Assembly (NCBI GenBank): GCA_044226015.1
Contig: JBGAHS010000003.1
Coordinates: 608,001-672,000 of the forward strand
DNA length: 64,000 nucleotides
Source: Candidatus Obscuribacteraceae bacterium
GTDB lineage: Bacteria; Cyanobacteriota; Vampirovibrionia; Obscuribacterales; Obscuribacteraceae
Direction of reading: 5' to 3'
A model generated the notes under the pieces. The model worked only from the letters and a program-made list of their open reading frames with translations, ran no database searches and had not been told where the DNA came from. Below are positions 50,495-59,906 of this stretch, piece after piece (the first letter of the stretch is position 1; each line of letters starts with the position of its first letter). The position numbers were made by a program, and so were the translations under genes.

Positions 50495-52354
50495 ATGCGC
50501 ATAGCCTTACAGCCAGGCACTTTGTTTCACCAACGCTACCTCATCAGCAAGCAGCTGGGTGCAGGCGGCATGGGCAGCGTTTATCTGGCTGAGCAAGTCG
50601 ACGCAAAAAGAAAAGTGGCCCTCAAGATTCTCCACTCTGATGACTCAAGCGACGAAAAAATAGACCGCTTTTTGCGGGAGTTTCAGGTTTTGTCCAAACT
50701 CCAACACATAAACGTAGTCACCTTCTATTCGGCTGCGATTACTCCGGAAGGCACAAAATATGCGGTAACCGAGTACATCACAGGCAAGAGCCTTCAAACA
50801 GTGCTGCAAGAAGAGGGTCGCCTGAGCTGGGCGCGTGTATGCAATATTGGTTCACAAATTTGCGATGCCATTGAATACGCAAATGCGCAAGGCATTGTCC
50901 ATCGAGACCTGAAGCCAGCCAACATTATGCTGGTTAATCACCCAGCCCCAGACACAGTCAAAGTAATTGATTTCGGGCTTGCCAAAATCACTTCCGGCGA
51001 CCTTATGAAAACGCTCACCCAGACTGGCGAAATCATAGGCAGCCCCCACTACATGAGCCCTGAGCAAATTCTAGGGCACAATGTTGATGAACGCTCAGAT
51101 CTTTATTCGTTAGCTTGTATCATCATCGAATGCCTTTCTGGACGAAAAATATTCGACAGCGACCAGGCACTGAGCATCATCAGAAGCCACATTCATGATG
51201 ATGCACGCAAATTCTTAGAACACCAGTTCGACAAAAATGATAAGGCGCTGATTTCCTCGCTTGCCCGCGCCTTAGCCAAAGAGCCGGAGAAACGCCACAA
51301 AACAGCATCCGAATTCAAAAATGAACTGATTGCTATCTGCGCCCAGCACGAATCATCAACACTTGCCTCTGTAGGTTCCGCAAACACCACAGGTAAATGG
51401 GGCGTTTTCCTGCTCATTCCCATTTTGCTTCTTGCAGGAATCTATGGCAGTTCTTTGATGCAAAAGCAAAACAAAGTGCCCGCCATAAAGACAAGCCCAA
51501 GCAATAGTTTCGAAACCATCGTTGCGAAGTTATATAGGGATTCTTATCGGCTGGAAGAACATCTGAAGAAGGAAAAAAATCACGAAAGGCAACTTGAGCT
51601 GTTCGAGGAATATCGAATGAAGGTGCGCAAATTGAATGAATTCCTCCATGACGTTAAAGGAAGAGAACTAGAAGAAGTTGAGAACTGCAAACGATTGCTC
51701 AATTTCAGTGAGATTGCATCGGATGAGCCACGAATTTTCAGGCTTGAAACATATCACACTATCGTCGGCCGATATATCACCATGAATGACTATGATTCAG
51801 CACTCATCTATCTTGAAAAAGAACGAAGAATTCTTGATGAAGTCACGGAAGAACTGCCTTCCGTTAGAGCCCGCCTTTACAGCACGTTCGTTTCAGTTTA
51901 TGGAATAAAACATCGATTTGATGATTGCTTGAAGTATTTACCGAAAGCTTTTGCCGAATACAGAAAATCCAACAAAGAAACCTTTCTTGCTTCAGACCAG
52001 GGAAGGGCTGTGCAATTTCTTGAGGGCCGCCCTATGTTCAAGGTTGCACCTAACAAATCATTCAATTCAAACGTCTTGTACGAAGTCTATGAAACTCTGG
52101 CTGAAATCACGCCAGCTGACTCCAACGAAGCTGCAAAGCTGGGGGAAATTTTCAGCCAGCTAGCCGCTTTCTTCATGGAACAGCACGATTTAAAGATAGC
52201 TGCAGAAATATTGAAAAATGAGGAATTGTTTCTCTCTAAGCAAAGTTCAAGCTCAGAAATCGAAGCAGAGAAGAAAAACTGCGCAAGACTCCTGAAAAAA
52301 CTGAAACAAACCAATAAGACAGTCTCTGCAGGCGCGCCTGATTCGGAAAACTAA
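50495..52354 (+). CDS. Hanks-type Ser/Thr protein kinase with TM segment and helical C-terminal domain
   Basis: LGAGGMGSVY, VALK, HRDLKPAN, DFG, GSPHYMSPEQ, SDLYSL; TM GVFLLIPILLLAGIYG. Confidence 0.95.
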   Translation: MRIALQPGTLFHQRYLISKQLGAGGMGSVYLAEQVDAKRKVALKILHSDDSSDEKIDRFLREFQVLSKLQHINVVTFYSAAITPEGTKYAVTEYITGKSLQTVLQEEGRLSWARVCNIGSQICDAIEYANAQGIVHRDLKPANIMLVNHPAPDTVKVIDFGLAKITSGDLMKTLTQTGEIIGSPHYMSPEQILGHNVDERSDLYSLACIIIECLSGRKIFDSDQALSIIRSHIHDDARKFLEHQFDKNDKALISSLARALAKEPEKRHKTASEFKNELIAICAQHESSTLASVGSANTTGKWGVFLLIPILLLAGIYGSSLMQKQNKVPAIKTSPSNSFETIVAKLYRDSYRLEEHLKKEKNHERQLELFEEYRMKVRKLNEFLHDVKGRELEEVENCKRLLNFSEIASDEPRIFRLETYHTIVGRYITMNDYDSALIYLEKERRILDEVTEELPSVRARLYSTFVSVYGIKHRFDDCLKYLPKAFAEYRKSNKETFLASDQGRAVQFLEGRPMFKVAPNKSFNSNVLYEVYETLAEITPADSNEAAKLGEIFSQLAAFFMEQHDLKIAAEILKNEELFLSKQSSSSEIEAEKKNCARLLKKLKQTNKTVSAGAPDSEN

Positions 52355-52490
52355 ACCTAGCGCAGCATTATTGATAGCTCATAGCTCATTTGAACTGTGA
52401 TATAGTCTGCAATCGATTCAAACTACGAATCGAAGCAGCCACTGCAAGTCTAAGCTTGCAAACTATCAGGTAGGTAGGACCATCAGGACC

Positions 52491-53246
52491 ATGCAAGAAC
52501 TCGAAGCCAAAGCTGTAATTCTCGATATTGAAGGAACTTGTTCAGCCAAATCATACTTAAACGATGTGCTCTTTCCTTTCGCCAAAGAAAACGCTCGTTC
52601 TTATCTGGAACGCTGTTGGGACGAGCAGAATACACTTGAAGCATGCGATCAAATAGCAAGAGAAACAGGCAGAGCTAGCAGCTACGATTGGCTTTGTGGA
52701 TTTGAAAAACGAAGTGATCAAATTGACGCGGTTATGACTGAAGTGATCAAGCTAATGGAGGCGAATTCAAACTCCAGAGGACTGAAAGAACTCCAGGGCT
52801 TCATCTGGGCCGAAGCTTATTCTAGTGGACTTCTATGCTCGCAAGTATTCATTGACGTGCCTCAAGCGCTTGCTTGCTGGCGTGCAGGCAAAGTCACCAT
52901 GGCTATTTACGATGCAGCTATTTCGACTGCGCAAAGAGTCTTCTTCAAACATACGGAATTTGGCGACCTCTCCGATTACTTCGCCGGATTCTTTGACACT
53001 AGCAGCGGTGCAAAGTTAGAGCCTGAAAGTTATAAGAGAATCTCAAGACTGCTTGGACAAGAGCCGGCAGAAATAGTCTACTTCAGTGATTGCGAGAAAG
53101 AACTCGATGTAGCCAAAAATGCGGGACTGCAAACAGTCATGGTGGCGCGCCCGGAGAATAGTCAAACACAGACTCAAAAACATATTTCCATACCAAGTTT
53201 TTACGATGTGCGCATCGTAGAATCACTGGCCTCAGACCCTGTATAG
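52491..53246 (+). CDS. mtnC: Enolase-phosphatase E1 (acireductone synthase)-like HAD protein
   Basis: LDIEGT, VLFPFA, LKELQGFIW..Y, FFDT..GAK.E..SY, SD..ELD.A..AG. Confidence 0.85.
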   Translation: MQELEAKAVILDIEGTCSAKSYLNDVLFPFAKENARSYLERCWDEQNTLEACDQIARETGRASSYDWLCGFEKRSDQIDAVMTEVIKLMEANSNSRGLKELQGFIWAEAYSSGLLCSQVFIDVPQALACWRAGKVTMAIYDAAISTAQRVFFKHTEFGDLSDYFAGFFDTSSGAKLEPESYKRISRLLGQEPAEIVYFSDCEKELDVAKNAGLQTVMVARPENSQTQTQKHISIPSFYDVRIVESLASDPV

Positions 53247-53627
53247 CTTACATAGCTTTACTAAAGCGCGACTATTTGAAAACATATTAAGCGGCCCAGA
53301 CAGAGTTCTTTTGGGCCGTTTTCAGTACAAAAAAAACTTGTGTCAGCTGCGTCAGGTCAGCTTCAGTTCAGCAAATGGGTTATTTTGCGAAGAGTCTATA
53401 AACAGGAACAAAATGGGCGCTTGACATTACCCAGTACAAAACCCTAGAACCAAATTATCTTTCGTCTTCACCAACTCCTCGGTGCTCTGGTTTCTAGTTA
53501 TCCATTCACACTTTCCAAACTCGTCGCTCGGCATTTCTGTGTCACGAACATACTCGTGGACGCCGACTTGCACACAAACAAGTGTGCAACTTTGCGTGCG
53601 CCGCACGCGTTTTTGGAAAGGGAAACC

Positions 53628-54272
53628 ATGACGAATACGGCACAATCGGCAGCAGCTTTCGATCAATACAAGATCTACGTGGCAGGAGCTGCTGTCACCC
53701 TTTTGCTTGTAGGTTCTCTGAGCGGCATGTGGCTGTCTCTCAACCATTTGGCTGAGAGCATCAGTGCCTTCACTGGGTCTACACCGGGAAATTCCTGGTT
53801 CATGGCTGTAACAATCGACGTTATGCTCCTTGGCGCGGAGCTGGCTATGATTGTCGAAAGCGATGAGCCATGGCATGTCTGGATCATTCCAGGCGGACTT
53901 TTCATGCTCTGCGGCGCCATGTCCGTAGGGTTGAACGTTTGGGCGTTTGTTGAGCACGCTCCCAGTGCGAAACAATTCGCTATGGAATTTGCAATTGCAC
54001 TCGGTATTGTCCTCCCTCTGGCCATCGTGCTTGCATGCTTGTCGTGCAGCAAGGTTCTCCAGAAAGCAGTACCGTTGTACATCCTGTCGCGCCAGTCTCC
54101 CCAGACTCGGCAGGACGCAGATTCCGTTGCGGATGTAGCAACGCCCAATTCGGATGACCAGAATCCGTCTCGTGGTAAGCACTACCTCCGGAACAAGGCA
54201 CGCAGGGAGCGGGCCCGCATCCGGAAGATGAGCTTCAACGAGCCGGCCGATCAGGTCGCCAAGGCCGCCTAG
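53628..54272 (+). CDS. Four-TM membrane protein with basic tail (DUF2637-like)
   Basis: S.NHL, WFMAVTID, SVGLNV helices; GAAAGGG RBS; terminator downstream. Confidence 0.55.
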   Translation: MTNTAQSAAAFDQYKIYVAGAAVTLLLVGSLSGMWLSLNHLAESISAFTGSTPGNSWFMAVTIDVMLLGAELAMIVESDEPWHVWIIPGGLFMLCGAMSVGLNVWAFVEHAPSAKQFAMEFAIALGIVLPLAIVLACLSCSKVLQKAVPLYILSRQSPQTRQDADSVADVATPNSDDQNPSRGKHYLRNKARRERARIRKMSFNEPADQVAKAA

Positions 54273-54279
54273 AACCCCA

Positions 54280-54321
54280 GAAGGGGGAGGAGTGCTGGTT
54301 AACCCCAGCATTTCTCTTTTC
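54280..54321 (+). terminator. Rho-independent terminator
   Basis: GAGGAGTGCTGG...CCAGCATTTCTC stem followed by TTTT. Confidence 0.6.
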
Positions 54322-54547
54322 GCCTAAATTCTACTATTTGTTATAGCATACCGGATCATTTTTATAAGCTTCCTAATCCATAATCTTGTTCGGTCAGCGC
54401 TGCCTCCTCTACAGAGAGCGAGCCAGAGGCCCGCTCTCCAAGATTTTTTCACAGCAGCTGGTTTTACCAGCCGCGCGGCCGACCACCTTGCAGTGCCCAC
54501 CCGAAAAGCATCAGACAAACAACGGCGACGACCAGGAGCTTGTAATC

Positions 54548-54745
54548 ATGAAGGATCTCAACTCGACCGTGAAGCGGAGCTTAGTCAAAGCTGGCGCCAC
54601 CGCCACCACCACCGGTGTCAACGCACGAGGCAGCAGCACTCGTGAAAGAATTGTCGCTCGTCAGTCCAGAATTGGGGGAACAAGCCCCTTCGGAGGAATT
54701 CCTGTTGTTTGCAATTTCTGCGACTGTACTGAAACGATACGCTAA
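54548..54745 (+). CDS. Possible small protein (65 aa) with C-terminal CxxCxC
   Basis: AGGAG RBS before ATG AAG GAT; MKDLNSTVK...VVCNFCDCTETIR. Confidence 0.35.
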   Translation: MKDLNSTVKRSLVKAGATATTTGVNARGSSTRERIVARQSRIGGTSPFGGIPVVCNFCDCTETIR

Positions 54746-54929
54746 GCTGCTATGAATAAGAGAGCCGACCGCACAATCGCAGTTCCAGAAGCTGCGATTA
54801 TTGGCTCTTCGCACTGTGTTATGACGCAAAAACGAACTACAAAATTCGTCATCCAAGTACTAAACTTTGCAATCTCGTACCAAAGACGTTGGCAAAAGTT
54901 ATAATGTCCAAGCATTTTGGAGAAATGAA

Positions 54930-55571
54930 ATGAAAAGCAAATCAATCTTATTTTCGGCACTGCTTACACTCACCTTGAGTCATGAATGCCTGGCAGTCAC
55001 AGGGTCTGGAAAAGCCGGAAAAGAAGATCGAAAAGTTCCAGCATTTCACGGCATTTGCATAATGCTGCCTGCCCAACTTGAAGCGAAGCAGGGAGCTCCT
55101 GGTCCTCTTACAATCGAAGCGGATGACAACATTCTTCCCTACATCAAAACAGAGGTGAAGGATGGAATACTGTACATAGACTCAAAAGAGAGTCTGCAGA
55201 CTCGCTCTAAGATGTCCTTCAAAGTCAGTTCCAGCAAGCTCGATCAATTACAAAGCAAAGGTACATGCACGGCTAAAGTCAGTGACTTGAAAGGTGCGGA
55301 ATTTAAAGCTTCTTCTAGCGGCACCGCATCCATGAGCATATCTGGAGAGGTCGGCAAGTTCATTTCACAGATTGACGGCACCGGAACAGTGGACTCAAGT
55401 AAGCTTAAAGCGAAAGCTGTAGTAATTGATATCAAAGGCACTGGAACTGCAAAGGTTGATGCCAGCGAGTCTCTCGATGCCACAATCAAAGGAACTGGAA
55501 CAGTAAAATACTCGGGCAACCCCAAAGTGAAGCAGAGCATTTTTGGGCTTGGTAACGTTTCAAAAATCTGA
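54930..55571 (+). CDS. Head GIN domain / DUF2807 family exported protein
   Basis: Signal peptide, VTGSG, IEADDNILPYI.T.V.DG.L, repeated xGTGxx beta-helix units, GTGTVKYSGNP. Confidence 0.88.
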   Translation: MKSKSILFSALLTLTLSHECLAVTGSGKAGKEDRKVPAFHGICIMLPAQLEAKQGAPGPLTIEADDNILPYIKTEVKDGILYIDSKESLQTRSKMSFKVSSSKLDQLQSKGTCTAKVSDLKGAEFKASSSGTASMSISGEVGKFISQIDGTGTVDSSKLKAKAVVIDIKGTGTAKVDASESLDATIKGTGTVKYSGNPKVKQSIFGLGNVSKI

Positions 55572-55923
55572 GCGTTCTCTCGAAACGAGAAGGTAGCAAG
55601 CAGAACCGTTCACGATCAAACTTGCTACCTTCGAAGCTGCTACGGAATCGTAGTGGCATCATGATTTCATAATCACCTTGTGGTGCCGTCTCTCATAAGG
55701 CGGCAGAGATTGATGCATCTCGATCTTCTTCCCATTCAAAGTCCTTATTTTCGAATTCAATTCAGTACAAATGAGACCCATCACATAAACGACATTTGAT
55801 GGATCAATCTTTTACATCCGCAAAACCTTGTGCTGCAATAGTTTGCTCCAAGATGTACGGATGCAAAGGATTCAGGACTTGACTGCGTGCTATCATCGAA
55901 CGCCTCTGGAATAGGAAGTGCTG

Positions 55924-57399
55924 ATGCTATTTAACAGCTTCACTTACCTCGTTTTCTTACCAATAGTGGTTGCCCTTTATTGGGTCCTTCCACCTTTGGC
56001 TAGACGAGTTCTTTTACTGGTAGCAAGCTATTTGTTCTACATGAATTGGATGCCGACTTATGGGCTCTTGATTCTCGGGCTAACAATAGTCAACTTCTAC
56101 TTCGGCATATTTCTCGACAAATACCATCACGCAAAGAAGCCCATTCTTACAGCCGCTCTGGTATTCAATCTGGGCTGTCTCTGCTTCTTCAAGTATGCTG
56201 ATTTCCTCCTCAAGTCTCTATGGAATGCACTACATTTCGGCTCATCAGCAATGGGAATGGAGAACGCGCTGCTTGCAAAATGCCCCGAACTGCACATCTT
56301 ACTTCCGCTAGGAATCTCTTTTTTCACTTTTGAATTCATCCACTATCTAGTGGACATTTACCGTGGTGCAAAACCTATGAAGAACTTCGCATGGTTTGCA
56401 CTTTTTGCGGCTTTCTTTCCATCACAAATTGCTGGTCCAATCAAACGTTATCAGGATTTCGATGAACAGCTTCATGCAAATCATAAGTTCGACCCCAACA
56501 TGTTTCGTGAAGGCTTGGGGCTGATTTTCATTGGCTTGTTCAAGAAAATGGCGCTAGGAGACAATCTCGGACATGTAGTCGCAGTAGGATTCAACAACCC
56601 TGCTGCTATGGGAACACTTGACGCCTGGCTGGCAGCAATCGGATTCACAATCCAAATTTACGTTGACTTCTCTGGATACACCGACATAGGACGGGGCTCG
56701 GCGCAGCTTCTCGGTTACAAACTACCGAGCAATTTCAACTGGCCATTTCTAGCGGCAAATCTGACAGAGTTCTGGCGCCGCTGGCATATCTCGCTGTCCA
56801 CATGGTTGCGTGATTATCTCTTCATTCCCATGGGTGGATCGCGCGTTCCTAACTGGAAATTGAAACGCAATCTATTTATCACAATGGCACTAGGTGGGCT
56901 CTGGCACGGAGCCGACTGGAATTATGTGATCTGGGGAATCTTCCACGGCACTGGGCTCGTACTTTCAAAAGACTGGAGTGATTTTGTAGATCGCACACCA
57001 GCTCTAAAGAATCTTCGCCCGACGCCATTCTGGCACTGGAGTGGAGTCGCATTCACATTCACATTTTTGATTTTTGCTTGTGTTCTGTTCAGAGCATCAG
57101 ATGTACCCCAGGCATTGCACGTAGCAAGCCGCATGTTCAACCTGGCGCCTTCCTATGAAGTCATCCACGCGTTTTTCACCTCAACGCTTCCATATTCTCT
57201 ATTTGCTTACTGCGCATTTTTGACATTCGAAAAATTGAGCAAGATGGCAGAGGCAAAACCAGTTCCAGTTCTGACAGAACTAGTATCTTTCTGGAACAAT
57301 TCCTTCCCCACAAGACTTGCCAGCTACGCAACTCTTGCAGTGATGATAATGGGTCTTGCACCAGAAGAAGTTGCTCCTTTCATCTACTTCCAGTTTTAG
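55924..57399 (+). CDS. MBOAT family O-acyltransferase (AlgI/DltB-like)
   Basis: MLFNS, LPLGISFFTF, FFPSQIAGPI, QIYVDFSGYTD, FWRRWHISLSTWLRDY, GLWHGA, PFIYFQF. Confidence 0.95.
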   Translation: MLFNSFTYLVFLPIVVALYWVLPPLARRVLLLVASYLFYMNWMPTYGLLILGLTIVNFYFGIFLDKYHHAKKPILTAALVFNLGCLCFFKYADFLLKSLWNALHFGSSAMGMENALLAKCPELHILLPLGISFFTFEFIHYLVDIYRGAKPMKNFAWFALFAAFFPSQIAGPIKRYQDFDEQLHANHKFDPNMFREGLGLIFIGLFKKMALGDNLGHVVAVGFNNPAAMGTLDAWLAAIGFTIQIYVDFSGYTDIGRGSAQLLGYKLPSNFNWPFLAANLTEFWRRWHISLSTWLRDYLFIPMGGSRVPNWKLKRNLFITMALGGLWHGADWNYVIWGIFHGTGLVLSKDWSDFVDRTPALKNLRPTPFWHWSGVAFTFTFLIFACVLFRASDVPQALHVASRMFNLAPSYEVIHAFFTSTLPYSLFAYCAFLTFEKLSKMAEAKPVPVLTELVSFWNNSFPTRLASYATLAVMIMGLAPEEVAPFIYFQF

Positions 57400-57408
57400 G
57401 GCGGGTTT

Positions 57409-57612
57409 ATGACAAACACAGTATTGACCCAAGAAACGAAGCCGCTTCAAGAGCACCCCGAAGCGCCCAAGCCGCACCGCCCATGGTGGCTCTCCACATT
57501 ACAGTTCACTGGAACTCTTTTACTCGGAGTTTGTGTGCTCGAATCCTATTTCAACTTTGCCGGAGTTGGGAACGAAGAGTTTTTGCAAAATGGGATAACA
57601 GGTCTTACGTAG
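57409..57612 (+). pseudogene. Probable 5' fragment of an MBOAT partner (AlgJ/SGNH-type) gene
   Basis: Starts 9 nt after the MBOAT stop, has one TM anchor, then stops after 67 aa where the high-GC PrkA block begins; identity inferred from context. Confidence 0.45.
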
Positions 57613-57746
57613 CTTCGTTAGAAGTGCGCAGGACCTCTCGATTGTCAGTTGTTTCTACAACGAGTGTGCGAGACAGCTCGTTCACACACTCCAACCTGTT
57701 CGCCCGTAAAACGGCTCAACTTCCTTTTATGCAGGAGGTCAATTCT

Positions 57747-59867
57747 ATGTCGGAAAATGAAAAGCTCAGAACTCTGCTGAGCTTGAAGCCGATCAAGGCA
57801 GAGGAACTCAGCTTCGGCGAGTACCTCAGGCGGCTCAAAACAGAGCCCGCCATCGCCGAGACGGCTGCAAGCCTGCTGGTGAGAGCAACTGAAGCTAGTG
57901 GCGAGTTCAACAAAGCTCTTCCCGAGCAACTCCCCTATCTAAGGATGCTCAAACAGTTCGGCATCACCGCCTACAATGCGTTCGCGCATGTACGCGGTTC
58001 CCAACGCACTGTTCACCGCATTCTCAACCACCTTCGCGCTGCTGCTGTCAACGGATATCAGCTGCGCCAGGCACTGATTCTTCGCGGCGGTCCTGGTTCG
58101 GGCAAAAGCTTCCTGGCTGATGCCCTGAAGGATGTGCTCGAAGGACAGCTCATCTACACCGTCGCCGGCTGCCCAGTGCACGAGAACCCGCTCAACTTGC
58201 TTACCTTGCTTCCCGCCGAGACCGTCAAGGCACTGGGCAAAGAGCTGGGCGTCGAGCAAGTCATCGCAGACAATCTGTCTGTCGCAGGTCGTCCTTGCCA
58301 GCACTGCTGGAAACAACTTATGGATGGGAAGGACGAAAATAATCCTCCCAATCTGTTCGATGTACCTATCCAGGTGATGCGCATCTCGTGTCGCGAGTTC
58401 GGCGTGTCCACGTGGACGCCGGCGGCTCCAGGGCAAGGCACCAGATTGAGCAGCGCTCTTGCAAGAGGGTCTCGTGGCATTATCGACATGCCCGAAATCT
58501 TCTCGGTGGCACAACCGGCTCAGGGTCAAGCATCAGAACTGGACGTGCTCCTGGAGGTCACCAACGACCGCCGCATGCCCGCCAGCGCTGACGGCGAGAC
58601 TCAAGGCTATCTGCCATTCGACGGCGTGCTGATCGGACAGACCAACCATGGCGCGTGGGACGCCTTCATCAAGAGCCAGAAGGACCCCAACAAGTTCACG
58701 CGTCGCTTCCATGTAATGGATGTGCCCTACATCCTCTCTGTGACGGAAGAAGAGCTGGCGTACCGTGATTTCATCGGACAGATGAAGGAACGCCCGCACA
58801 TCGACCCCATGGCTCTGAAGATGGCTGCACTGCTGGCTGTCATCTCTCGTATGAAAAAGACTCATGATGTGGACATCGTGAGCCGTGCCCGGATGTACGA
58901 CGGTGAAAACCTCGTCATTACCAAGAAGACCGGCAGCGAATCGAGTCGCGACACCCTTCCGCTCGGCGGCTGGGGCGAAGCGGCATCGACTTCGAAGTCG
59001 CGCGCAAGGCAAGAGAAAGAGTACTTCACTGTGCTCGACCTCTGGCGTGATGCGGGCGAAGACGAAGGCATGTATGGACTGAACATGGCCGACATGCTCT
59101 CCACCGTCAGTCAGGCGATCGACTTCTATATGAAGCGAAAGCCGCAGTTCCTGTCCTCGTTGCGCATGATTAGCTTCCTGCGCGCGAAGGTCATGGAAAT
59201 GTCCAAGAAACCGGGGCTGACCGACAAGGAGAAGGAGGTCATCAGCAACTGCCTCGAGTTCCTCAAACCAGCAACATCGAAGACTGAGAAACCCGGCATC
59301 ATTGAAGAGGAATACCGTCGCATCCTGCGGCGCGAACTCTTCTCGGTGGTGGCACCGGACTTCGACACGCGCGCCGGAGAAATTTTCCAGCGCTACAGGG
59401 AACACGCCAAGCACTTTTCGCAAGGCGCCAAATACTTTATGGATGCAAATGACAGGAGCCATAAAGTCAATGTCGACACCGATTTCCTCGACACTGTTGA
59501 CCGCTGGTGCGGTGTGACAGGCGAAGAGGACAGAGGCAAGGCACGACTGGCACTGGAAGCTGATTTGCTCGACCTGATTCGCGACAATGCTCGCAGGCTC
59601 AAAGCTGGTGACGACAGTGCCAGCGAAAAATTTGAGCTGAGCTGGCAGTCGCTACCGCGTCTTGAGAAGGGCATCCGCGCGATGCTCAACGAAGAGATCG
59701 TGAAGAAGGTCGAGAAGATTCTTCGTCCCGAGTTCGAGTTGAAAGACGACGAACTCAAGCACCGTAAGGAGTCGCTCGAGCGTTTCCGTGCGCTCGGATA
59801 TTCCGAGCAATCGCTCGAAGAGGCTCTCCAATACATCCAGGACTACGAGCTGTGGAAGCTCTCCTGA
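57747..59867 (+). CDS. prkA: PrkA/YeaG-family AAA+ protein (divergent copy)
   Basis: LSFGEYL, Walker A GGPGSGKS, CPVHENPL, FDGVLIGQTN, VPYILS..EE; AGGAGG RBS. Confidence 0.82.
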   Translation: MSENEKLRTLLSLKPIKAEELSFGEYLRRLKTEPAIAETAASLLVRATEASGEFNKALPEQLPYLRMLKQFGITAYNAFAHVRGSQRTVHRILNHLRAAAVNGYQLRQALILRGGPGSGKSFLADALKDVLEGQLIYTVAGCPVHENPLNLLTLLPAETVKALGKELGVEQVIADNLSVAGRPCQHCWKQLMDGKDENNPPNLFDVPIQVMRISCREFGVSTWTPAAPGQGTRLSSALARGSRGIIDMPEIFSVAQPAQGQASELDVLLEVTNDRRMPASADGETQGYLPFDGVLIGQTNHGAWDAFIKSQKDPNKFTRRFHVMDVPYILSVTEEELAYRDFIGQMKERPHIDPMALKMAALLAVISRMKKTHDVDIVSRARMYDGENLVITKKTGSESSRDTLPLGGWGEAASTSKSRARQEKEYFTVLDLWRDAGEDEGMYGLNMADMLSTVSQAIDFYMKRKPQFLSSLRMISFLRAKVMEMSKKPGLTDKEKEVISNCLEFLKPATSKTEKPGIIEEEYRRILRRELFSVVAPDFDTRAGEIFQRYREHAKHFSQGAKYFMDANDRSHKVNVDTDFLDTVDRWCGVTGEEDRGKARLALEADLLDLIRDNARRLKAGDDSASEKFELSWQSLPRLEKGIRAMLNEEIVKKVEKILRPEFELKDDELKHRKESLERFRALGYSEQSLEEALQYIQDYELWKLS

Positions 59868-59906
59868 GCCCCAGCCATTCACCTTTAGATTGAGAGGAAT
59901 TAAATC

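Noticed and set aside
54548..54745. Gly/Cys-containing micro-ORF as a RiPP precursor
   Set aside because: No modification enzyme, peptidase or exporter is adjacent.
57586..57594. AAAATGGG occurring ahead of three high-GC blocks (~11265, ~53410, ~57587) as an insertion-site motif
   Set aside because: Too short and low in complexity to distinguish from chance by eye.
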